This document shows positions 30,277 through 41,111 of a DNA stretch of 64,000 nt, in pieces. The stretch is from the NCBI GenBank assembly GCA_963729045.1, contig CAVSMN010000011.1:96001-160000 (forward strand), given 5' to 3'. The translations under genes were made by a program, and so were the position numbers. How positions within the stretch are numbered: the stretch's first letter is position 1; each line of letters begins with the position of its first letter. This DNA is from an uncultured Nitrososphaeraceae archaeon. Its GTDB lineage: Archaea; Thermoproteota; Nitrososphaeria; Nitrososphaerales; Nitrososphaeraceae. The notes under the pieces are model-generated. The model saw only the letters and a list, made by a program, of their open reading frames with translations, did no database searches and was not told the origin of the DNA.

Positions 30277-31527
30277 ATGCAAGCACTTCTAGACGTTCGT
30301 AAGATTAGACAGGATTTTCCAATTTTAAATAGACGACTAAACGATGGAAAAAAATTGGTATATCTTGATAATGCTGCAACCACTCAAAAACCAAATGAAG
30401 TAATAGATGCAATTTGTAAATATTATTCAGAGTATAATTCGAATATTCATAGGGCAGTTTATCAAATTGCTGAAGAAGCTACAGCGGAATATGAAGGAAC
30501 AAGGGAGAACGTTAGAAAATTCATAAATGCAAAATACGAAGAAGAAATTATTTTTACTCGAAACACTACCGAGTCAATCAATTTAGTGGCTTATTCATGG
30601 GGAAATGCCAACATTAAGAAGGGAAATACGATACTATTGACCGAATATGAGCACCATAGTAATATCGTTCCTTGGCAGATTCTTTGTAAAAGTAAAGGAG
30701 CAAGAATCAAATACTTGGAGGTAAATGAGGATGGATACTTAGACCTAGAGGCCTACGAGGAACTTTTGTCGAGGAAAGGTGATGGAAAAATCAAGTTGGT
30801 TTCCCTTAGTGAAATGTCAAACGTATTAGGGACTATATTTCCTGCTAGGGAAATTATCAAAATTGCACATGAAAAAAACATCCCTGTCGTTTTGGATGGT
30901 GCTCAGTCAGTTCCACATATGAAAACAGATGTTCAACAAACAGGTTGTGATTTTCTAGCATTTTCAGCCCACAAAATGCTCGGCCCTACAGGAGTAGGAG
31001 TCTTGTACGTCAAAAAAGCAATATTAGAGCAAATGAAGCCATTTATTTCTGGTGGCGATATGATCAAAGAGGTACATAAAGAAAACACGGTATTTAATGA
31101 TCTCCCCTACAAATTTGAAGGTGGAACCCCAAATATTGCTGATGTAATTGGCTTTAGCTCTGCAATAAAGTATCTCAATAAGATAGGGATGGATAATGTT
31201 CGGGATCATGAATTAGAAATGACCACCTATCTTTTAAACCGCATCCAAGAAATAAAAAATATAAAAGTATACGGTCCCAAAATTGCTAAAGATAGAGGGG
31301 GCCTGGTCTCTTTTAATATCGAAGGAATTCACCCCCATGATTGCGCCACAATATTAAATGATTTCGGGGTAGCAATTAGGTCTGGACATCATTGTGCCCA
31401 AGTGTTGATGGAAAAGCTTGATATCGTAGCTTCTTCCAGAGCTAGCCTATATATTTATAATACTAAGGAGGAAATTGATATATTAATAGATGCTTTAAAT
31501 CATGCTAGGAGGATATTCAAAATATGA
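30277..31527 (+). CDS. sufS: Cysteine desulfurase, SufS family
   Basis: YLDNAATTQKP, EHHSNIVPW, SAHKMLGPTG, RSGHHCA. Confidence 0.95.
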   Translation: MQALLDVRKIRQDFPILNRRLNDGKKLVYLDNAATTQKPNEVIDAICKYYSEYNSNIHRAVYQIAEEATAEYEGTRENVRKFINAKYEEEIIFTRNTTESINLVAYSWGNANIKKGNTILLTEYEHHSNIVPWQILCKSKGARIKYLEVNEDGYLDLEAYEELLSRKGDGKIKLVSLSEMSNVLGTIFPAREIIKIAHEKNIPVVLDGAQSVPHMKTDVQQTGCDFLAFSAHKMLGPTGVGVLYVKKAILEQMKPFISGGDMIKEVHKENTVFNDLPYKFEGGTPNIADVIGFSSAIKYLNKIGMDNVRDHELEMTTYLLNRIQEIKNIKVYGPKIAKDRGGLVSFNIEGIHPHDCATILNDFGVAIRSGHHCAQVLMEKLDIVASSRASLYIYNTKEEIDILIDALNHARRIFKI

Positions 31528-31952
31528 GTGAAGATATTTACAGGGAAATGATACTTGACCACTATAGAAATCCGCGAAATAAAGGAAAGATCGAGGAACC
31601 GGATATAAGAATAAATGATAGCAATCCACTCTGTGGAGATGAAATTTCAATTGATCTGAAAGTTGAAGGTGATATAATTAAAGACATCAAGTTTGATGGG
31701 AGAGGATGTGCTATTAGCCAGGCTAGTGCCTCGATGTTGACTGAAATGGTTTCGAATAAGCCACTAACAACAATTAAAGATATCACAAAAGACGATGTGC
31801 TCGAAAATATTGGTCTGACAAATTTGGGCCCAGCTAGAATAAAGTGTGCTTTACTTTCCTTAAAAGTGTTAAAACTGGGAATGGTAAAATATTATGTCGA
31901 TAAGGATCCAACATCTGCTGCTCAAATGAAGGATGAATCCAAAGTCTTTTAA
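31524..31952 (+). CDS. sufU: SufU/IscU-family Fe-S scaffold/sulfur acceptor
   Basis: ILDHYRNPRN, NPLCGD, GCAISQASAS, RIKCA; ATGA overlap with sufS. Confidence 0.9.
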   Translation: MSEDIYREMILDHYRNPRNKGKIEEPDIRINDSNPLCGDEISIDLKVEGDIIKDIKFDGRGCAISQASASMLTEMVSNKPLTTIKDITKDDVLENIGLTNLGPARIKCALLSLKVLKLGMVKYYVDKDPTSAAQMKDESKVF

Positions 31953-32016
31953 CAAATAGCAAATGATCGTGGATTTGATTCTCCGAAAACAGTAACGAAC
32001 CAATTTCTACTAATGT

Positions 32017-32730
32017 ATGGTGAATAATAACATCCAAATAAAACCGACAAATCCTTATTGGAATATCAAAGGATCTTTTATTTTTGTATTTTTTTTTATT
32101 TTTGTTATTGCAAGCGTTCTTGCAGTAACAGGAGTATTAGGTAATTTAGATGAAATCATAACAAAATTTATCAATCAAATAAGGAGCCAAACATTGGACG
32201 AACTATTCATTATTATCACTACCACATCAGATACTATTAATTTAATAATTGTTGGTTTTATTCTTACAATAATTAAGAGAACTAGAAGAATAGGGATGAT
32301 TTTATTGATTACTTTAGTTTCTGTTACCATTTTAGTAACCTATTGTAAACCCTTGTTTGCAATCGAGCATCCAAGTATCGATTTTAAACCACTAGTAATA
32401 CTACCAGATAAATTCACGCTTGAACGGGATAGTTTTATGCCCTTTGCCCAAGATTTTTCATACCCCTCAAATCACATAGCCTCAGCAGCTGCTTTCAGTT
32501 TTATTGTGGCTGGATTGTCCTATAAATATTCGCCCAGATTCGCTATAGCATTTTTAATATTTTTCCCGACGTTAATAGGCTTCACCAAACTGTATCTTTT
32601 TCAACATCACTTTATGGATTTGATTGGTGGGTATTTTTTTGGTTTGGTAATAGTTGCAGTATTAGTGAAGGTCCTAAAAGCTAATGAGCAACAGAGAATT
32701 AATATTGTAGATTCAAACCAGGGAGGATAA
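32017..32730 (+). CDS. PAP2-family membrane phosphatase-like protein
   Basis: Multiple TM helices; 'SYPSNH' and 'KLYLFQHHFMDLIGG' variants of the PAP2 motifs. Confidence 0.8.
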   Translation: MVNNNIQIKPTNPYWNIKGSFIFVFFFIFVIASVLAVTGVLGNLDEIITKFINQIRSQTLDELFIIITTTSDTINLIIVGFILTIIKRTRRIGMILLITLVSVTILVTYCKPLFAIEHPSIDFKPLVILPDKFTLERDSFMPFAQDFSYPSNHIASAAAFSFIVAGLSYKYSPRFAIAFLIFFPTLIGFTKLYLFQHHFMDLIGGYFFGLVIVAVLVKVLKANEQQRINIVDSNQGG

Positions 32731-32808
32731 TACTAGTAGTACGAACAGAACTTTCTGTCATGTGAATTCCATTTCAAATTCTAAAAAACATAAAACGATA
32801 GTATAGTT

Positions 32809-33150
32809 TTAGTTGAACCTATTTGTTAACGCCGGATCTAGTAATAGCCAGCCAAAGTGTGAATCATCGTGAACATATCGGTAGTCCTTGATATTTGGCC
32901 TTAATTTTAAAGAGCGGATTCCAGATAACAACTCGTTTTGAAGTTGCAATCCCAATTTCCTTGAAATATCATTATTTTTTGGAGAGTCAATTGTCCTTGG
33001 TAACAAGATCCTATAACTAAAAGTATGAGTAAAATAACATCGGGTATAATGATTTAACAGCCTCTTTGATACAATTGGAACATATTCAAAACTATCTAGA
33101 TTCTCGGTAAAATCTGTGGAAAAGCGTTTTAGAAATTCAATATTTACCAA
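32809..33150 (-). CDS. Hypothetical protein
   Basis: 113-aa ORF with TTG start. Confidence 0.65.
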   Translation of the reverse strand: MVNIEFLKRFSTDFTENLDSFEYVPIVSKRLLNHYTRCYFTHTFSYRILLPRTIDSPKNNDISRKLGLQLQNELLSGIRSLKLRPNIKDYRYVHDDSHFGWLLLDPALTNRFN

Positions 33151-34163
33151 GCAGATAGTAGAATATTAAGAATACTATTTATATACATTCTGACAAAATT
33201 AAAGATGTAGAATTGATGTTACTTTATAAAAGTAAATTAAAAAATTACAAGATTTTCTGCTTTGATGTTCCTTTCCGATCCTAAACCTGACTATAAGTCA
33301 GCTCAAGTTGGTAGTAAGTGATTTGATATGATATGATTTGAGTTAGGTTATTATCTTTCAGTTTTAGAATGAGCAGATTGCATCCTTTTTTCCTTTGGTC
33401 TTTTTAGTTATTTTGGATTCACAGGTACCCTGGATGCCTAATGTTAAATAGCATACGATTCCTTTCGATAGGAAACATCTCAAAAGATCTGAGCACAACT
33501 ATCCTTAAACGAATCATTTGGTTTTCCCATATTTCATTTTAACTGGGACTAATTAATCTCTTAAAAGATACTAATACGAGCACATGCAATTGTTATTTTA
33601 ATCAAGTAGTATTTAGCAAATCCAATAGAGGCAATCCGACTTGAGATAGGCAAGTTATAATATTGTTCTGCCTGTGAATAAAAGGCTTGCATGTGGCGAA
33701 AGGTAGTCAAGATTTAGATATCAAATCATTTTAGTATCATGGCTACTTTTACCCTGTTTTTGTGATTTGTAATTTGCAGAATAGAAAAGAATCAAAATAG
33801 GCGAAATAATGAACCGTTAGTTTATCTTATCTATTAGAATAGGTTCGAATTATCTAAAAGATGAGGCTTCTGTTTTTCTGTTATTTTCATATAAAAGTTA
33901 CGTTGATAGGGTCAAACGAAGAGTACAACCTTGAAGAGATTGATAAAAAATATCCTAGCATAAAAATTAAACATAGTACAAGAACCCGCCTTTAATTTGC
34001 TCTATTTGTTCTGAGAATAGAGCATTGGTATGCATAAAAGCTATAAAATATTCAATCAATTTCTGATATTGTCCGATTAAATCCATCCATCTCTAAAATA
34101 TCAATTTTTGGTAGTGGCTTTTTGATTAAATTTAAATATATCAAAATTTTTCCCTCTACTATA

Positions 34164-35438
34164 ATGACAAATAATGCTAACGAGTTTGGATCGACTAATA
34201 ATCCCTATCAAATGGCGTTGAAACAGCTTCAAGAAACTGCAAAAATTATCAATTTAGATGAAGGTATCCACAAAATACTTGCGAAGCCAAAGAGAGTTCT
34301 AACAGTATCCCTACCTGTTAAAATGGATGACGGGAGAATAGAGGTCTTTACAGGGTTCCGTTCTCAGCACAATGATGCAAGGGGGCCATTTAAAGGTGGA
34401 ATTAGATATCATCCTCAAGTAACCATTGAAGAAGTAATGGCACTTTCTATGTGGATGACTTGGAAATGTGCCGTGGTAGGGATACCCCTAGGTGGGGGTA
34501 AGGGAGGCATAATTTGCAATCCCAAGAATATGTCAAACTCAGAGTTAGAAAGGATGACAAGAAGATATGCGTATGCTATTTCCGATATTATTGGACCCTA
34601 TACTGACATCCCGGCCCCAGACGTATACACTGGCGGTCAAGAAATGGCATGGATAATGGATACTTATTCTGCCCTCAAGGGCAATCGCGGAGAACCGGGT
34701 CTAATTACTGGGAAACCCCTACCGATAGGCGGGTCATTGGGTAGAACAGAAGCTACTGGAAGAGGACTGTCTTTTACGGTAAGAGAGGCTGCCAAAAAAC
34801 AAAATATCAATATGAATGAGGCAGTAGTAGTCGTGCAAGGATTTGGTAACGCAGGACAATATGCAGCTCAATTAGTTGAAGAACAGGGTGCAAAAATTAT
34901 TGCTGTTTCAGATACACAAGGAGCAATAATTAACAAGAATGGATTTAAAGTAAATGAATTAATCAAATTTAAACTAGAAAATAAATCAATCCGTGGCTTC
35001 CCTGGCGCAACTGAAATAAATAATGATGAATTATTAACTACAGAATGTACGATTTTGATCCCAGCTGCTTTGGAGAATCAGATTACCAAGGATAACGCCT
35101 CTAGAATTAAGACCAAAATTGTTGCTGAAGCGGCAAATGGTCCCACTACTCCAGAAGCCGACCAAATTTTTTATGAAAACAATATTTTGGTTATCCCAGA
35201 TGTATTGGCTAATAGTGGAGGAGTAACAGTATCGTATTTTGAATGGCTCCAAAATCTAAGGAGAGAATATTGGTCTGAAGCTGAAGTAAACGAAAGATTA
35301 GATGTAATAATGACAAAGGCGTTCGCCGAGGTATATGATGCACATCAAAAATATAATACAAACATGCGTACAGCAAGTATCGCCTTGGCAGTCAATAGGG
35401 TCGCTGAAGCCATAAAGCTAAGAGGAATATGGCCCTAA
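34164..35438 (+). CDS. gdhA: Glutamate dehydrogenase
   Basis: GPFKGGIRYHP, GGGKGG, DIPAPD, GRTEATGRG, QGFGNAG, EAANGPT, GGVTVSYFEW. Confidence 0.96.
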   Translation: MTNNANEFGSTNNPYQMALKQLQETAKIINLDEGIHKILAKPKRVLTVSLPVKMDDGRIEVFTGFRSQHNDARGPFKGGIRYHPQVTIEEVMALSMWMTWKCAVVGIPLGGGKGGIICNPKNMSNSELERMTRRYAYAISDIIGPYTDIPAPDVYTGGQEMAWIMDTYSALKGNRGEPGLITGKPLPIGGSLGRTEATGRGLSFTVREAAKKQNINMNEAVVVVQGFGNAGQYAAQLVEEQGAKIIAVSDTQGAIINKNGFKVNELIKFKLENKSIRGFPGATEINNDELLTTECTILIPAALENQITKDNASRIKTKIVAEAANGPTTPEADQIFYENNILVIPDVLANSGGVTVSYFEWLQNLRREYWSEAEVNERLDVIMTKAFAEVYDAHQKYNTNMRTASIALAVNRVAEAIKLRGIWP

Positions 35439-35624
35439 CCAATGGCCATTTGACCTGATTGTATAAATCTTACAAAAACAGATCAGAAAAAGCAGGGAAA
35501 TCATCATTCTGATTTATTTTCGCCACACCATAAATCATAAATTTAAAGTTTAGCCCCGATATATATCATAATATACCATGAAGAAGAAAACGAAATAAAA
35601 TTGGATTTTAAAAGAAATAAAAAA

Positions 35625-35975
35625 TTACTCAGTAGAAAATGAATGACCACATGAGCAGCTCTTTGTAACGTTTGGATTAGTTATCTTAAATCCTGATCCC
35701 ATCAAACTTTCAATGTAATCGACTACTGCTCCTTTCAAATATTTTTGACTGTAATTATCTACTAAAATTTTAACTTTGTTTTGTTCCAATATTACATCAT
35801 CTTCGTCTGGATTTTCTTCAAACCCCATTCCATATGATAATCCAGAACATCCACCGCCAGTGACATATACTCTCAAATAGAGATTATCTTTTCCTTCTTG
35901 TTTCATAAATTCTGTAACCTTTTCTGCAGCCTTTGCTGTAACATCAATAATTTTAGGTTGTTGTACACTTGCCAT
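35625..35975 (-). CDS. A-type Fe-S carrier (HesB/IscA/ErpA family)
   Basis: GGGCSGLSY and SCSCGHSF. Confidence 0.93.
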   Translation of the reverse strand: MASVQQPKIIDVTAKAAEKVTEFMKQEGKDNLYLRVYVTGGGCSGLSYGMGFEENPDEDDVILEQNKVKILVDNYSQKYLKGAVVDYIESLMGSGFKITNPNVTKSCSCGHSFSTE

Positions 35976-36059
35976 GATATAATACAATATGCAATACAAA
36001 TTTAATAATGTTTTCCTATAAATAAACCAAAAAAAAGAGATGATTTTGTAAAAAAAGGT

Positions 36060-38183
36060 CTATTTATGTGGCTTGGATAGTGCAGACCATTTGGCTAACG
36101 AACTAGCTGCTATACTCCATGTATTTACCGATTGATATACCGGCACATTATTCTCCTCTAACTTGTTAGCCATTTTTTGAGTAAATGGACCACCCAATGC
36201 GCCAACAAGGATGGGTTTTTTCCCTTGCCTATTGAATTCGGCCAAAATATCAACTATTTTCTCCTCAAGCGGGTCATCTTGAAAGACGAACCAAGGCATT
36301 ACAATATCGACATTTGGATCATCCATAAATGTCTGGATCGCAAATTTATAATCGTCTGCATTTGCTGATCCTGTGACATCACACGGATTACCGAGTACAT
36401 AAGTTGCCGGATAGTGAGACTTGAATGATTTCATGCTCTCCTCACTGAGGTTTGCTACCTGTAATCCCAGTCTCTCAAATTGATCAATGGCCGCAATTAT
36501 CGGCCCGGCACCATTCGTAACCATTGCAACTCGGTTTCCCTCTGGCACCGGCTGCCATGATAGGGCTTTAAGAGATGCAGTCAGTTCATCGTAGCTGTCA
36601 ACTGAAATTATTCCATTTTGAGAAAATGCACCTTTCACAACGCTATATGTCCCCCCTAAAGAGCCAGTGTGAGAAGCAGCTTGTTTAGCACCTCTTGAAG
36701 TTCGCCCATTTTTGAATACTACAATTGGTTTTTTTCGTTCAGTAATTACTTTTTTGGCAGTGTTAACAAACTTTCGACCATCTCCCAAGCCCTCAACATA
36801 TAATCCTATAACCTTGGTTTGCGGGTCCTCAGCCAAATACCAGATCATATCTGCTTCATCTACATCAGATCGGTTTCCATATGAAACCATTTTGCTCATC
36901 CCAAAGGCAAATGAATGTTCCATAAATGCGATGCCTATAGTTCCACTTTGAGACAAGAAGGACACATTACCATTTTTAGGTCTAAGCATACGGTCATGTC
37001 CTTGGAAGGCACAATCCAACCTATTCTCTCCGTTGAACATTCCAATGCAGTTTGGTCCAATAATCCTAATATTTAGCTGAGATGACAATTCCTTAACTTG
37101 CTGTTCAATAATTGCTCTTTCTCCCCCTAACTCTTTCCCGCCTCCAGAAATGATTACAACATTGTGAATGGATTTATCGCCACAAATCTTTAACAAATCG
37201 GGAACAAATTTCAAATCTACAGTAACAATCACCACGTCAATGGGGTCTTTAATATCGCCTAGACTTTTGTAGGCTGGTATACCCATTATTTCGGGATAGC
37301 CTTTTGCATTTACAGGATACACCTTTCCTTTATAGTCATGCTTTACTAAAGTTTCTAACACAGAGTTTCCTATCTTTCCAATTTCAGGGGAGGCACCTAT
37401 TAATGCGATAGATTTGGCATTAAAAAACAAATCCATGTTAGTGGAGTTGGGTTCAACTTTAGAAACAACATCATATTTGGGTTGTTCTGATAAAATGATT
37501 TTTGCATCAGCAACATAATAACTGTCCGGATATACAATTACAGGATTGAAATCTATGCTTTCATAATAAGGTGAAATATCATACCCCAATTTTCCTATAT
37601 TTAGTAAGGCATTAGTTAATACTTCCATATTTATCGGTTCTGAACCACGGTATCCTTTTAACAACATTTTACCTTGGAGTTCTTCAATCATTTCCGTTGC
37701 ATCTTCCTTGGTAAGAGGAAGAACCCTAAACGACACATCTTTGAATAATTCTGTGAAAATTCCTCCAAGTCCTACCATCATAACCGGGCCAAACTGGGGA
37801 TCATTTTGCAAACCAACAATCATCTCAACCCCCTTGGGGACCATCTTCTCAAGTAGGACACCCTTTACATCATAATCCTTCGATAATCTTTCATACATAT
37901 CGTTAAATGCAGATTTAACAGATTCTTCATCTTTAAGATCAATTTTGACTCCTCCCACGTCAGTTTTATGCAAAATCTGTGGGGAAACTATTTTCGCTAC
38001 CAATGGAAAACCCAATTTTCTTGCTTCTGTGACTGCGGAGTCAACGTCTTTAACCAGAGCAAACCCGGGGACGCTAATGTCATATTCAGAAAGAATGCCT
38101 TTAGCAATTTCTTCGGTAATGACTTTGGTTTTATTTTTAAAAGAATCCTCAAATATCGATTTGATTTTGTTTTGATCTGTCAA
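36060..38183 (-). CDS. 3-hydroxypropionyl-CoA synthetase (ADP-forming), 3HP/4HB carbon-fixation cycle
   Basis: ATP-grasp domain first ([21 protein letters not shown]), then CoA-binding domain (GPNCIG, SQSG, SHTGSL); domain order and sequence match my recollection of thaumarchaeal Nmar_1309-type enzymes. Confidence 0.85.
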   Translation of the reverse strand: MTDQNKIKSIFEDSFKNKTKVITEEIAKGILSEYDISVPGFALVKDVDSAVTEARKLGFPLVAKIVSPQILHKTDVGGVKIDLKDEESVKSAFNDMYERLSKDYDVKGVLLEKMVPKGVEMIVGLQNDPQFGPVMMVGLGGIFTELFKDVSFRVLPLTKEDATEMIEELQGKMLLKGYRGSEPINMEVLTNALLNIGKLGYDISPYYESIDFNPVIVYPDSYYVADAKIILSEQPKYDVVSKVEPNSTNMDLFFNAKSIALIGASPEIGKIGNSVLETLVKHDYKGKVYPVNAKGYPEIMGIPAYKSLGDIKDPIDVVIVTVDLKFVPDLLKICGDKSIHNVVIISGGGKELGGERAIIEQQVKELSSQLNIRIIGPNCIGMFNGENRLDCAFQGHDRMLRPKNGNVSFLSQSGTIGIAFMEHSFAFGMSKMVSYGNRSDVDEADMIWYLAEDPQTKVIGLYVEGLGDGRKFVNTAKKVITERKKPIVVFKNGRTSRGAKQAASHTGSLGGTYSVVKGAFSQNGIISVDSYDELTASLKALSWQPVPEGNRVAMVTNGAGPIIAAIDQFERLGLQVANLSEESMKSFKSHYPATYVLGNPCDVTGSANADDYKFAIQTFMDDPNVDIVMPWFVFQDDPLEEKIVDILAEFNRQGKKPILVGALGGPFTQKMANKLEENNVPVYQSVNTWSIAASSLAKWSALSKPHK

Positions 38184-38229
38184 TAAGAGTTCATTATTCT
38201 ATTCGGTTTATAATTTTTCTTACTTTAAG

Positions 38230-38250
38230 TTTTGAATTTTGAATTTTGAA
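38230..38250. repeat. (TTTTGAA)x3 heptamer repeat upstream of the BRE/TATA of the CoA-ligase gene
   Basis: Exact triple repeat; minus-strand AGAAAAATTATAAA BRE-TATA at ~38206-38220. Confidence 0.7.
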
Positions 38251-38338
38251 TTTTTAGAATGTAATTCACCATCTCATTGAAACAATGATCATATATATGT
38301 AATAGATATAATGGTGATAAATCATTGTTATGAAATGA

Positions 38339-39049
38339 TTATTTATAAGCAATTACAATTATGGCCCCTCCCATTAGCTTTTTGTTAAACTCTACCTTGG
38401 AAAATGTATTTAATAACAACTCATTTAGATCTTTGTTTCTTGGCCATCTAAGAAAAGTACCATATAAAGTACGAAAAGGTAATCCTTGCCTCCCAGCGGC
38501 TAAAAAAGCCATGATAACAAGGAAATACTTTAGATAAAAGGATACAAGGAAACGGGCCAAAAAATTATCAGGTTTTCCGAGATCAACAATTAATAGTCTG
38601 CCATTTTTTTTTAAAACCCTGTGAATTTCTACAAACGACTCATTTAAAGCGATTGAATCTCTTATCGAATAACCACATAGGACCGCATCAAATGAATTAG
38701 ACTTGTATGGAATCTTTTCAAAAATACCACTACATAAAAAATAGGTATTATCATAATTCTTGAACTTATTCTTGATTTCAGCCAACATTTCGGGAATAGG
38801 ATCATAAAAATTTATGGTAACATCTTCAGAAACGAAATCCAGTACCAGTTTTGACATGTTGCCATATCCGGAGCCTGCGTCGAGGATATGATTCCCAGGG
38901 AAAACACTTTTTCTTATCCCTTCTTTTCGAAACTGATTATCTTTTCCCAATGAAATAGCACTATTTACCTTATCATAAACAGGAATGATATTCTGAAGTA
39001 CTTTTATTACTTCATTCCAATATGAATTCCCCAATCCAATATTCTTCAA
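38339..39049 (-). CDS. UbiE/MenG-family SAM-dependent methyltransferase
   Basis: YDKVN..ISLG.D..FR, ILDAGSGYG, FDAV, HRVLKKNG. Confidence 0.85.
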   Translation of the reverse strand: MKNIGLGNSYWNEVIKVLQNIIPVYDKVNSAISLGKDNQFRKEGIRKSVFPGNHILDAGSGYGNMSKLVLDFVSEDVTINFYDPIPEMLAEIKNKFKNYDNTYFLCSGIFEKIPYKSNSFDAVLCGYSIRDSIALNESFVEIHRVLKKNGRLLIVDLGKPDNFLARFLVSFYLKYFLVIMAFLAAGRQGLPFRTLYGTFLRWPRNKDLNELLLNTFSKVEFNKKLMGGAIIVIAYK

Positions 39050-39075
39050 TGTAAAAAGTATAAGGAAACCAGATA

Positions 39076-39702
39076 TTGAATTTTTGTATCAATTGCGGTC
39101 ATAAAGATATTAGTCAAGATGTCATCAATAGTCCTAGGGTGGATGTGTTGTACAAGGAAAGACTCATTAAAATGGACGCATTAAATGCAATTATCGCCGG
39201 AATTTCCTTCTTTGATACAGACGTAAGAAATATCTATGACAAGATAAAGTCAGAGGATAAAACTATCAATATAATATTTGTTAATTCAAAACTAGTTTAT
39301 GGGTTGGACCACATACTTGGAATCTTAAAGATAATTAATGAAGAGGAAAAAAGAAAAATCAAATCAAACATAAAAAGCGTCGAAATTGAATTTTTACTTA
39401 GAATCTGCTACACAAATCAAATAAAAGATGCTCTAAAATCAAACTTTGGAGATAATAAAAATAAGACTTTTGTTGTGGTATTGATTTCTAAGCTTGGCAG
39501 CAAATTGAGTAACACTCTCGATGCTCTCATGTCTTATGGCATTGAAGATAGTAATTTGATACACCCTGATACCACCAAGAAGGATTACATTTTCAATCAC
39601 TTCTTTAAAGACAAATTCAAAGTTAATTCCTATTTGTTATTAAATAATGAGGAAAAATATTTAAAATTTCTTATTGAGAAAGCAGCGATATCCCTAAATT
39701 GA
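39076..39702 (+). CDS. cgi121: KEOPS complex subunit Cgi121 (start may be 39172)
   Basis: 'VYGLDH', 'IEFLLRICYTNQIKDAL', terminal 'LIEKAA'. Confidence 0.7.
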   Translation: MNFCINCGHKDISQDVINSPRVDVLYKERLIKMDALNAIIAGISFFDTDVRNIYDKIKSEDKTINIIFVNSKLVYGLDHILGILKIINEEEKRKIKSNIKSVEIEFLLRICYTNQIKDALKSNFGDNKNKTFVVVLISKLGSKLSNTLDALMSYGIEDSNLIHPDTTKKDYIFNHFFKDKFKVNSYLLLNNEEKYLKFLIEKAAISLN

Positions 39703-39752
39703 GTGGGATTAGATTAGAAATAGACTTGTGTTATTGTTACCATAATTTAATC

Positions 39753-40280
39753 CTATTCTGAAACCCTTTTTTCTGTCATTGAACTAAACATCATGTTGGA
39801 ACTGATAACCGATATTCCTGAATATTTTCCAATAATCTCTACTAGCAGAATCCAAGTAGGATTGGTCAAATTGACGGGATAATTCAAATGAGGTCCAACT
39901 GAATCAATAATGTCTTTCTTACTTAATTTGGTATGCCTTTTTTCAACTAGAATTTTAACTGGTCCCTTGTTAGCAATTTTCTCTTTAGCCAAATCAAGCA
40001 AGCAATCTCTAATTTCTGCAACCTCGCTTAGCACCACCCTCTGTATTGGAACATATCTAAGCAGATTTCGGATCTCCCATGGTGAATTCTGCAGCTTTTC
40101 CCTCAAATATGGTACGAAAAGTTCTGAATCCTTTGAAGATTTTCCTACAATAAGTCCTGAGATATTAGTTTCATTCACTTCCACAGTAGTCTCGCCAAAG
40201 TCGTAAAACAGTCCTTCTAGTTCATCCATTAGGTCTTCCTCCTTGTATCTATACGTTGTAGCAAGAAAATTGAATATCAT
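39753..40280 (-). CDS. THUMP domain RNA-binding protein
   Basis: FNFLATT..KE, 'LLRYVPIQ', 'VEKRHT', 'VNLTNPTWILLVEI'. Confidence 0.85.
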   Translation of the reverse strand: MIFNFLATTYRYKEEDLMDELEGLFYDFGETTVEVNETNISGLIVGKSSKDSELFVPYLREKLQNSPWEIRNLLRYVPIQRVVLSEVAEIRDCLLDLAKEKIANKGPVKILVEKRHTKLSKKDIIDSVGPHLNYPVNLTNPTWILLVEIIGKYSGISVISSNMMFSSMTEKRVSE

Positions 40281-40292
40281 AGTTTTGCTCCG

Positions 40293-40934
40293 CTATGGAC
40301 TACTAAGCGCCGCTAGGATTTCTTCCTTTGGAATGGCACCTTCTCTAATTATGCGAGGAAATCCCGACCCAGAAACATCCACTATAGTTGATCCGCTATT
40401 GTTGTCTGATAATAATTCATTAGTTACCACAGCATCGCATTTACTCAAAATAGTCTCATCAATGTCTTCTAATCTCGTTGAGGGAATCTTTTTTGACAAA
40501 TTAGCGCTTGTTCCCACTAATAATTTAGATCTAGTCATATTTATCAAATTTAAAATGCATGAATTACCAGGAATGCGTAATCCAATAGTATTATTAACAT
40601 TGTTAATCACATATTTAGACAATCCATGGTTTGCTTTCAATTTTAGAATTAGAGTCAGTTTTCCGGGCCAGAATAAATTTTGGAGTATATTGGCATGTGG
40701 AGTAATATGTGAAATTCTTGAGACTATTCTCCAGTCACTTGTCAATACTGGTAGGGACTTATCCAATGGTCTTTCTTTGATAGCAAATAATCGTAAAACC
40801 GATTTTTCAATTGTGGGATCGCAACCTATGCCAAAAACAGTGTCAGTAGGATAAACGATCACACCTCCATTGTCAATTATCTCAGAGCATTTTTCTAAGT
40901 CGTCAATATTCCTACAATCCAAATAATAGATCAA
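40293..40934 (-). CDS. tsaC: L-threonylcarbamoyladenylate synthase (YrdC/TsaC-length, no SUA5 domain)
   Basis: YPTDTVFGIGC, KERPLDK, FWPGKLT, TSANLS, STIVD, REGAI. Confidence 0.9.
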   Translation of the reverse strand: MIYYLDCRNIDDLEKCSEIIDNGGVIVYPTDTVFGIGCDPTIEKSVLRLFAIKERPLDKSLPVLTSDWRIVSRISHITPHANILQNLFWPGKLTLILKLKANHGLSKYVINNVNNTIGLRIPGNSCILNLINMTRSKLLVGTSANLSKKIPSTRLEDIDETILSKCDAVVTNELLSDNNSGSTIVDVSGSGFPRIIREGAIPKEEILAALSSP

Positions 40935-41111
40935 TAGTTTGGAGAACTTGCAAATTCAATTTAACCTAACCTATCAATCTACCTTAAAACAAAAAAATAT
41001 TAAATTCAAGATTTTTCTTAAATGTTAAATAAAATTACAATAATATACCAACATTTAAAAGATTCAATTCTTTTAGAAAAGCATATATAGTTATCTTGCT
41101 ATAAATTGTCA

